64,000 nucleotides of DNA from Leptonemataceae bacterium. Its GTDB lineage: Bacteria > Spirochaetota > Leptospiria > Leptospirales > Leptonemataceae. Position numbers and translations under genes: made by a program. This document shows, piece after piece, positions 38,922 through 47,600 of this stretch; the stretch's first letter is position 1, and the number at the start of each line of letters is the position of its first letter. The notes beneath the pieces are model-generated. The model worked only from the letters and a program-made list of their open reading frames with translations. It was not told where the DNA came from and searched no databases. Location of the stretch: NCBI GenBank assembly GCA_965227295.1, contig OZ245742.1, forward strand, positions 5,760,001 through 5,824,000, read 5' to 3'.

Positions 38922-39071
38922 TTACTTCTTCTTGAGTTCCTGAAGCATGGCCTGGCGCTTCTGGTAGCGCTCTTTGGAGTTCAGAGACAGCCACTCCCGC
39001 TTGAGTTCCCGGGAATTCCCGCCCTTCTGGGTGGCGTAGCGATTCAGCAATTTGGCCGTCTTCTCGTTCAT
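38922..39071 (-). CDS. Small basic protein, 49 aa (below the ORF-track cutoff)
   Basis: Manual translation MNEKTAKLLNRYATQKGGNSRELKREWLSLNSKERYQKRQAMLQELKKK*; GC3-rich codons; fills the gap between two genes. Confidence 0.75.
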   Translation of the reverse strand: MNEKTAKLLNRYATQKGGNSRELKREWLSLNSKERYQKRQAMLQELKKK

Positions 39072-39116
39072 GGTCCGGCCATTGCGTACCGGCGCCCGGC
39101 GGCGTCAACAGGGAAT

Positions 39117-39689
39117 TCAGCCGAAGATTTGTTTCACCGTGACCTGGAAGCCGTCCAGGAGCCGGCTCTTCGGACGTTCCCCGGCAACCTCGTTCCAGCG
39201 ACGATCCTCGCCCTGCCCCTCGTTGTAACGGACGCGCAGGGTGCGATTGCGCGGATCGAGGATCCAGTACTCCTGGACGCCGCACTGTAGATAGCGGTCC
39301 GACTTCGGCCCGAGGTCCCGGTGGTCCGTACTGTCCGAAAGGATTTCCACGACGAGGTCCGGAGTGCCATGAACGTGGTTCTTAACGATGTTAAGATGCT
39401 CCGTGGCGATGAACTGGATGTCCGGACGCAACGGATCGCCGCCGTCCGGAAGGAGGACATCCAGTTCAATGTAGGCCTTTCCGACGGGGTGTACTTCGAG
39501 AAAACGGCGGAGCGCGAAAAAAAACTCACCGGCAGCTCCGGAATGATCGGCGTTGGGGCTCGGGCTCACGTGCATAACTCCATCGATGACGTCGTAGCGA
39601 TAGTCCGGGTCCTCGTCGAGATCGAGGTACTCTTCGCGAGTGACACGCAAGCCCGCGTACCGGGGCCCCGTTGTGAGCGGGCGGATCAT
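39117..39689 (-). CDS. Uma2/DUF820-family PD-(D/E)xK endonuclease-like protein
   Basis: EEYL...YDVIDG...SPSP...H, RPDI, PDLVVEILS.ST...D...K...Y...GV.EYWILDP. Confidence 0.9.
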   Translation of the reverse strand: MIRPLTTGPRYAGLRVTREEYLDLDEDPDYRYDVIDGVMHVSPSPNADHSGAAGEFFFALRRFLEVHPVGKAYIELDVLLPDGGDPLRPDIQFIATEHLNIVKNHVHGTPDLVVEILSDSTDHRDLGPKSDRYLQCGVQEYWILDPRNRTLRVRYNEGQGEDRRWNEVAGERPKSRLLDGFQVTVKQIFG

Positions 39690-39729
39690 AAAAAAATAAT
39701 AAAATAAGAATCGAACAAGGTCAATTCCT

Positions 39730-39791
39730 TTCTTCACGCCGTCGCATTCGTCGATACGCGGGCGTCTCCAGGCGGCCAGGAGACGCGAAGA
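39730..39791. repeat. Short degenerate member of the hairpin repeat family
   Basis: Ends TTCTTCACG...ACGCGAAGA; internal stem GCGTCTCC/GGAGACGC; shares CTCCAGGC with 58047-58134. Confidence 0.4.
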
Positions 39792-39808
39792 CTATCGCTA
39801 CGGGGACT

Positions 39809-41470
39809 CTAAATCTCGGCCCCGATTCTTCGCAGGATGGTATAGTGATTCGACGGCTCGCGGTTCTCGGGGTACTCCGTGCTGTAGTGCAGGCCGCGGG
39901 ACTCGTGGCGACGGAGCGCGCTGTCGACGATGAGCCGGGCCACCAGGGCGACGTTCCGAAGTTCCAGGATTTTGTTTTGAATGACGGTGCGCCGGTAAAA
40001 ATCGTTAATTTCGTCTGAGAGTAACTTAACGCGCCGCTTCGCGCGATTCAGGCGCATGTTGGAGCGCACGATGCCGACGTAATCCCACATTACCTTCTTG
40101 AGTTCGTCGAAGTCGTGCTGCACCAGGATCCACTCGTCGGCGTTCATGAGGCCCTCTTTCTGCCACTCACGAACCGCGGGATGATGATAGTCGACGGTGT
40201 GATCCTTTAAGTACGCGGCGATGCGCGCGGCAAACACGAGGCCCTCCAGCAAACTGTTCGAAGCCAGACGGTTGCCGCCGTGCACGCCGGTACACGAGAC
40301 CTCGCCGAGGGCAAAGAGGCCGCGGATGCACGTACGGCCCTGGAGATCCGTACGCACGCCGCCGCACATGTAGTGCGCCGCGGGGACCACGGGAATCATC
40401 TCCTTCGAGATGTCGATGCCCTGGTCCAGGCAGTGCGAGAAGATGTTCGGGAAGTGTTCCATTAAATCTTCCCGACTGCGATGCGTGGCGTCCAGATAAA
40501 CGTGCTGCGCACCGGTTCGCTTCAGCTCGGCATCGATGGCCCGCGCCACGATGTCCCGGGGCGCCAGATCCTTGCGCTCGTCGTAGCGTTGCATGAAGGG
40601 TTCACCGTCGCGGCCTTTCAGGATCGCGCCGAAGCCGCGCAGGGCCTCGGAAATGAGGAACGTCCGTTTGTTGCCGGGATTGTAGAGCGACGTGGGATGG
40701 AACTGATAGAACTCCATGTTCGCCACTTCGGCGCCCGCGCGATACGCGAGCGCCACGCCGTCGCCGGTGGCGACTTCCGGATTCGTGTTGTGCAAATAAA
40801 CGTGCCCGGCCCCGCCCGTGGCGATGATCGTCGCCTTCGCACGGATGACGGTAATATCCCAGGTCTGCCGGTCGTAGATGTACGCGCCGAAGCAATGGGT
40901 GTTCGCGCGGGTGCTGTCGTTCTCCGGTACGGGCCAGGCAGCGTCGTCGGGCCATTGCGGAAGATCCGGTTCGCCCTTCAGGTGAAACTTCGTAATGATT
41001 TCGACGGCACTGCTGTGTTCGATGATGGGAATGCTGCGCTCGCGCACCGTCTTCAAGAGAACCTGTTCAACCTCGTGGCCGGTCAAATCGGCGGCATGCA
41101 CGATGCGGTTTTCGCTGTGTCCGCCTTCCCGGCCGAGATGCAACTGACCGTCTTCGCCGCGTTCGAAGTTCGCGCCGAGTTCCATTAACTTACGCACGTG
41201 ATCAGGGCCTTCCGTGACCAGCACGCGCACGGCTTCCGGATCGCAGAGGCCGGCGCCGGCGTCTAAGGTGTCGGCAATGTGACTTTCGAAGGAGTCGTCC
41301 GGCGTGAGGACCGACGCGATGCCGCCCTGAGCCCACGACGTACTCGCATCATCCATGCGTGACTTGGTAACGATGATGACCTTACCGTGCTCTGACAGCA
41401 AGTACGCCGCGTAGAGACCGGAGATGCCGCTCCCGAGGATGAGATAATCGACGTCGAGGACGTTGCTCAC
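39809..41470 (-). CDS. nadB: L-aspartate oxidase
   Basis: GSGISGL, WAQGGIA, REGGHS..RIVH, QFHPT, LISEALRG, LAPRDIVARAI, HYMCGG, GVHGGNRLASNSLLE, ESRGLHY. Confidence 0.95.
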   Translation of the reverse strand: MSNVLDVDYLILGSGISGLYAAYLLSEHGKVIIVTKSRMDDASTSWAQGGIASVLTPDDSFESHIADTLDAGAGLCDPEAVRVLVTEGPDHVRKLMELGANFERGEDGQLHLGREGGHSENRIVHAADLTGHEVEQVLLKTVRERSIPIIEHSSAVEIITKFHLKGEPDLPQWPDDAAWPVPENDSTRANTHCFGAYIYDRQTWDITVIRAKATIIATGGAGHVYLHNTNPEVATGDGVALAYRAGAEVANMEFYQFHPTSLYNPGNKRTFLISEALRGFGAILKGRDGEPFMQRYDERKDLAPRDIVARAIDAELKRTGAQHVYLDATHRSREDLMEHFPNIFSHCLDQGIDISKEMIPVVPAAHYMCGGVRTDLQGRTCIRGLFALGEVSCTGVHGGNRLASNSLLEGLVFAARIAAYLKDHTVDYHHPAVREWQKEGLMNADEWILVQHDFDELKKVMWDYVGIVRSNMRLNRAKRRVKLLSDEINDFYRRTVIQNKILELRNVALVARLIVDSALRRHESRGLHYSTEYPENREPSNHYTILRRIGAEI

Positions 41471-41513
41471 GGTCTCGCCTTGATATGGTCTGCCCTGTTT
41501 GTTATCGCCGCGC

Positions 41514-43352
41514 TCAGGGATCGGGATGTTTTTCCAGGGCGGAGAAGTACGGCAGCGCGCGGATCAACATGAAGTCCGGCTTCAGCGCGTCGTTCTTATG
41601 TTCGCGGATCCACTTCTCGGCCTTTGCGCCGTCGTCGCCGACGGCCGCCTCGAGCTTTTCGGCCCAGGCCTTACGCGTGGGGTCCGGCTTGCGATCGGCC
41701 AGTTCCGGCAGGTGTTTCCACATGTCTTCCTCGCGGAAACGCGGCGGAAAGCTGCCGTCGTTTTCGTCGGAGATTTGCAGGTCCGGATGCACGCCGTAGA
41801 CCTGCACCGTGTAGCCGTCCGGAGCGTAGTAGCGCGCCGATGTTAACTTCACATAAACAGAACCCAGGCGATGGATGCCCTGCACCGTGGCCTTGCCGAA
41901 GGAACGCTCGCCCACGACGAGAGCCGCGTCGTGGTCCATGAGGGCCGAGGCGACGATCTCGCTGGCGGAAGCCGAACCGGCGTTGATGAGCACGATGACC
42001 GGAATGCCCTGCACCAGCGGACGACGGCGGGTTTTCTCTTCTTTGGAATCGGCGGCGCCGCGAACGCGCACTACGATTTTCCCGCGCGGGAGGAGCAGGT
42101 CACTGACCTCCACGGCTTCCTCGAGGTAACCGCCGGGATTGCCGCGCAGGTCGATGACCAGGCCGTTCAACTTGCCGTCGGCTTTTTCAATGAGGCTTTC
42201 GTACTCCTGGATAATGAGCCGCGAGGTATTCTTCTTCGCGTACAGAAACGAGGAGATTTTGATGAGGCCGATTTTACGACCGCCGACGATCTCGGCGGAG
42301 TAGTCCTTGTCCGTGATGAGCCGCGAGGAAACCGCCGTTTGTTTGATGACGCCGCGCGTGATGGCGATGGGCAATGTGCGCAGTTCCGTGGGACGCTCGA
42401 CTTCCAGCACCACGACGGTTTCTTTGGGGCCGCGGATGCGCTTCACGACGTCCGAGAGCGGCATACCGACGATGGGCGTGTTGTCCACTTTGCGGATGAT
42501 GTCCCCGGCCCGCAGTCCGGAGCGCAGCGCGGGACTTCCCGGCAACGGTGTTTCGACAATAACGTCCGTACGACCGCCGCCGCGGAGCAAAGCGCCGATG
42601 CCTTCGAACGTAGAATCTTCCGCCTCGGAGCGCATCTTGTCCCACATGGACTCATCGATAATGGCGCTGTGCGGGTCCATGGCCTGGAGAAAGCCGTTGG
42701 TGGCCGCAAAGTATACGTGGTGCATGCCGAAGGGATTTTCTTTGTACGGGTCCTCTCCGGTATGCGTGGGCGGCAGGTCCTTGTATTTGTCCTTGTTGCG
42801 ATCCACCCAGGCGACGACTTCTTCGAAGTTGGCGCGGTTGAACTTGACTTTGGACCAGGTGGATTCGATGAATTTCTTCAGGCGCTCGTCTTTTTCGCGT
42901 TGTTCCAGAAACTCTTTGCGCCGCTCTTCCTCGCTGAGATTTTTGCGCCGCTGCTCTTCGCGTTTCTCCAGTTTGGAGCGCATCTCTTCCCACTTATCGT
43001 AGTCGGGGACGAAGATGAGGTACGGGTCGTCCTGGCGAATGGACAGGGCCTGGCCGGGCATGAGCCGCTCGGCGGGGATGTACTCCCCACGCTGCTCGTA
43101 GAACTCGCGGGTCATAAGAAACAGCGAGTGCGGCATGGACCGCAGAGCAGCGTCGGCGGCCTCGATGTAGGCCCGCGCGGAATTGACCCGCTCGGGATCG
43201 AGATAGTTGTCCCTGGCGTAAGCTACGACCTTAAAAAAGCTTTCCCGCGTGAAACTATCCGGAACATTCGGGGTTTCAGCGCGGACACAGCCGCAAAAGG
43301 AAATGTATAGCAGCCCAAAACAGGCCAATATGACTCGGCGGGATCCTGACAC
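41514..43352 (-). CDS. ctpA: S41 carboxy-terminal processing protease with PDZ domain
   Basis: DPHS, FEGIGA, PDZ (SPA..GL.AGD.I), DLRGNPGG, SASASEI, SFGKATVQ. Confidence 0.9.
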   Translation of the reverse strand: MSGSRRVILACFGLLYISFCGCVRAETPNVPDSFTRESFFKVVAYARDNYLDPERVNSARAYIEAADAALRSMPHSLFLMTREFYEQRGEYIPAERLMPGQALSIRQDDPYLIFVPDYDKWEEMRSKLEKREEQRRKNLSEEERRKEFLEQREKDERLKKFIESTWSKVKFNRANFEEVVAWVDRNKDKYKDLPPTHTGEDPYKENPFGMHHVYFAATNGFLQAMDPHSAIIDESMWDKMRSEAEDSTFEGIGALLRGGGRTDVIVETPLPGSPALRSGLRAGDIIRKVDNTPIVGMPLSDVVKRIRGPKETVVVLEVERPTELRTLPIAITRGVIKQTAVSSRLITDKDYSAEIVGGRKIGLIKISSFLYAKKNTSRLIIQEYESLIEKADGKLNGLVIDLRGNPGGYLEEAVEVSDLLLPRGKIVVRVRGAADSKEEKTRRRPLVQGIPVIVLINAGSASASEIVASALMDHDAALVVGERSFGKATVQGIHRLGSVYVKLTSARYYAPDGYTVQVYGVHPDLQISDENDGSFPPRFREEDMWKHLPELADRKPDPTRKAWAEKLEAAVGDDGAKAEKWIREHKNDALKPDFMLIRALPYFSALEKHPDP

Positions 43353-43431
43353 TCTTAACTACCTCGGAGGCGGGTATGGAAGTTCTGACGAATTCTCCCG
43401 AACGGGGTTCGCGCGGAAATTCCTCTACTAT

Positions 43432-44424
43432 ATTAAAAGACAGCGAACCCGCCTCATTCTGTCGATATTTTTTATGCTTTTCACGACGGCCTGCGACGAC
43501 GCCGGGCCGTGGCAACAACGCCCGTACTACGACATCTACGACGAGGCGGTGAATCTGTACTATAAACCTCCGCGTCGACCGGAAGCGGCCCTGGCTTTAA
43601 TGGACCGCGCCTGCCGCGAAAACGAGGACAAAACCGACGTACTCTGCTACAACCTCGGTGTTCTGCGCGAATTGCAGGAGCGTCCGACGTCCGAGGCCCT
43701 GGCGGCGTATCGTGCTGCGTACCGATTGCGTCGCCATCCGGCCTATCTCGCCGCCATCCAGCGACTGGAACTGGATCCTTCCGTCTACGAAAGCGAGTAT
43801 CTCCGCGTTTCGGCGTACATGGTCCAGGCATGCCGGGCAAACGATGCAAAAGCGGCCCTGAAGAGGCTTCGCGAATTCGTCCGGGATCGTACGCCGGTTC
43901 AGGACGAGGCCGCCGATGTTCGCCTCCAGAGAACGTACCGCCAGAACTTTGCCCAGCCCTTCTTCGCCGACTGCCTGGAATCGCAGGGCGCGGAGTATCA
44001 GGCCTTGCTCGAACAACTCGCCGAACCGCGCAGCAATCCGGAAGCTTTCGCCGACGACATTTACGAGGCCCGGGCAAAGTCCGACGGCTTTTACGCGCTG
44101 TGGGATGTGGAGCTGTATCTGCGCGACCTCGGCGAAACCACGGATAGCGATCATCCGGCGACGGCGGAATGGCAGGATGTTCTCGCGGCGGCCCGGCGCG
44201 GACGCGGCGATGCGGCGGCGCTGCATCTCGAAGCGTTCTTCGCAACATTGAACGAACTGGCCCGCGAGGAAGTTCGCAAACGGCCGGCGAGTGCGAAAGC
44301 GTTACGCGCACGAGTCAAAGCGATGCAACGCGCCGCGGCGGTGTTGATCCGCGGGGACAGCTACTTCGCGCGGGTCAGGGGCAATGCAAAGGTCCGGGCG
44401 ATCATTGCGCCGGTGCTGCGTTAA
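43432..44424 (+). CDS. Hypothetical TPR-like lipoprotein (start uncertain)
   Basis: KRQRTRLILSIFFMLFTTA-C lipoprotein signal; CYNLGVL TPR-like helix. Confidence 0.65.
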   Translation: MKRQRTRLILSIFFMLFTTACDDAGPWQQRPYYDIYDEAVNLYYKPPRRPEAALALMDRACRENEDKTDVLCYNLGVLRELQERPTSEALAAYRAAYRLRRHPAYLAAIQRLELDPSVYESEYLRVSAYMVQACRANDAKAALKRLREFVRDRTPVQDEAADVRLQRTYRQNFAQPFFADCLESQGAEYQALLEQLAEPRSNPEAFADDIYEARAKSDGFYALWDVELYLRDLGETTDSDHPATAEWQDVLAAARRGRGDAAALHLEAFFATLNELAREEVRKRPASAKALRARVKAMQRAAAVLIRGDSYFARVRGNAKVRAIIAPVLR

Positions 44425-44690
44425 CCTCGCGGGCGTGGCTGCCGCCTCGAATCGCTGAGTAAGATCCATTCATCGTAAGCTAGCGATCGTAACGCGAGCA
44501 TGCATCCGCATCATCAATTCCAGGGAGGCGATGTAATCTTGTAAAATACAATCACGTGAGTGATGCAGACTTTGCACAACCGGCCGAAAATCCTTCCTGC
44601 GTGCATGAATCACATTGAAAAGCGTTTGCGATTCGAGGACAAGCACGGTGCATCCTGATGCAAGAGGACCCAGGGTCCAGGGACGCAATC

Positions 44691-47600
44691 ATGAAAGCCG
44701 ACATTTCCCGCAGCACTTTTCGCGCCGATAAACACTACTCCACCGTACGTTACCAACAAGGCCGCGTACAGGTCGACGCGGACTTCAACGAACAACAGGA
44801 CATCGCTCTTCATCACGAGCGCACGGCAAACGCCGACGTGATCGGGGCCGATGGGGCCCCGTTTCAAACGGACGGCTTCGAGATCCAACCGAACGCCGCC
44901 AACGACAACCTCACCATCTCCGCGGGACGCCTGTATGTAAACGGCATCCTCTGCGAAAACGAAACATCATTTACATTCACCGAACAACCCGATCTTCCCG
45001 GGGCCGCCCTGCCCGCCGACGACGGTGACTATCTTGCGTATCTCGAGGTTCGGGAACGTGACCTCGGCGCCCTGGAAGAACCGGAGCTGCGCGAAACCGC
45101 GCTGGAAGGCCTGGATACGACCCGGCGCACGCAAACATTATGGCAGGTGCAGTTACTGCCGGTTGCGGCGGGTCCGAAGACTTCGCTCACCGCGCCCGTG
45201 GCCTGGCAGGATTTAATCTCGGCCCTGCCGGGACGCCTGCTCGCCGGAACCGACGCCGATACGTTCAGCGGCGACCCGTGCAGCCTGGAAGATCGCGGCG
45301 GTTACACCTCGCCGGAAAACCGACTGTATCGCGTGGAGGTTCATACGCCGGGAGCGCCGGGTACCGCCACGTTCAAGTGGTCGCGGCATAACGCCACCAT
45401 CGCCACGGAGTGGCTGGCGCAGGACGGCAACTCCCTGGTCGTGCAATCCATCGGTCGGGACAGGGAGTTGCGTTTTCGCGCCGGGGACTGGATTGAGATC
45501 AGTGACGAACGGCTGGAACTCGAGGACCGCCCCGGGACCCTGGCGCGCATTGTCACCGTGGCCGGCGACAGCATCGTCATCGACCCGCTGACGCTCGAGC
45601 ACTACGATCCGTCGTTCACCGAACTGGACATTGATCAGTTTCAGGAAGGCAGCCGCCGCATTCGACTCTGGAACGACGCCGATCCGACGAATATTATACC
45701 GGCGGACGGCGCCGAGGTTATAGTGGAAGCCGGCATTCGCGTGCAGTTCGAACCCGACGGCAACCCGGAAGGACGTACGTATCGCACCGGCGACTACTGG
45801 CTGATTCCCGCGCGCGCTCGCAATCGTAACATTGAATGGCATGATGCTCCGGCGCTGCAACCGCCGCACGGCAATCAACGCCACTTCGTGCGCCTGGCGT
45901 TCTTGAATCACACGGGCGGGACCTGGACGCATCTTGCAGACTGCCGTAACATCTTCCCAACGTTACTTAACGAAGACTTCACGATCCAGGGCGGCAACGC
46001 CCAGGCGGCCTTCCCGAACGAAGAGCCGGCCTTCCCGTTACGCGCGCTCGTGTCCCGCGGGTCCGTCCCCGTTCCCGATCGCACGGTCCGCTTTCGCTTA
46101 TTGAGCGGGGACGGCGGCCTGGCCGTGAGTTCCGGCGGAGTCACTGCGGTCAGCCAGTTAATTCCCACGAATGCGGAAGGCGTTGCCGCGGCCTACTTTC
46201 GCGTGGGCCCGGATCGCACTCAGGCGCATCATGAAATTCTCGCCGAGCTGTTGGACGCAAACGACCAGGTCATTCAGTTGCGGCGTTTTCACGTGGATTC
46301 GGCCATCGCCGAAGCGATTTCGTACGAAACAACGGTAGCCGCGGCCGACGGCGCCACAATCAACCCGGCCACGGTGCAGGAAGCCCTCGACGAAAGTTTT
46401 CGCGCGAAGGTCAATCGCTCCGGCGATACGATCACCGGCGATTTGCGCATCGAGGGCAGCCTCACGGTCGAAGGCGACATGCTCGCCCGGGACACGGAGC
46501 ACATCAAGGGCGACGTCGAACTCGGCGACGAGGCCACGGACACCGTGAAGGTCTTCGGCAGAATGATCGGCCCGGACGGTTCGCCGCTGAACATCGCCGA
46601 CGACGCCAACGTCTCCGGCGAACTCTACGTCGAAGAACGCGTGGGTGTCGGCGTACCGCCGGCCGCGGGTAGCCTGCTCAACGTAAACGATTTTCTTAAC
46701 GTTCACGAAAACGGACTTACGGCTCTCGGCGACGTCGAACCCGCGGCGCGGTTGCACATTCGGGGCGTGGACGACGCGGACCCGCTGCGCGTGGACGCGG
46801 CCGTGGCCGGCCCCGGCGGGCGTGTGCATTACATTCCGTTTACCGTAAGTTACGCCGGCGCGACGCCGCTCATCAACTACCAGCTCCCGCTGACGTTCGA
46901 TTCGGCGAGCCTCATCGGCGCCGGCCGCCTGCGCGCGGACCTGGGCGATCTGCGCTTCGTGATCCACGACCCCGCGGCGCCGGATACGTATCTGGTGCAC
47001 TGGGTCGAAAGCGGCATCAATACAGCACAAACCCTCGTCTGGGTTAAGTTAACGGCCCTGGCGCCCGCCGCTTCGATCGAAGTGCGCATGTACTACGGCA
47101 ATCCGAACGCGGTGAGCATTTTCCCGCGGAGCGCGGTCTTCGAGCTGGAGATCCCCGGCCTGGTCTCGGCCTGGTCCCTCGACGAAAATACCGGCACGTC
47201 TCTCAGCGACGCGAGCGGCAACGGCAACATCGGCACGCTCGAAGGCAACACTACGTGGGTGAGCGGCAAGATCGGAACGGCGGTGAACTTCGACGGCGTG
47301 GACGCCGCGGCCCAGGTTCCGCATGCGGCGTCGCTGGACATTACGAAGGACATTACGCTCGCGCTCTGGTTCCAGGCCACGGCACCGGGCACGGGACTCG
47401 CCGGACTCATCGGCAAACATCACACGGCCGGGGCGCGTTCGTTTGCGCTGTTCTTGAATTACGACACGGGCCTGCTGGAGTTCTCGCTGAGCGCCGCGGA
47501 CGACACGACGCAAACGCTCTCCGGCACAACGACGATCAGCTACGGGCAGTGGTACCACGTTGCGGCGGTCTACCGCCGGGCGACCGGCACCATGCAGATA

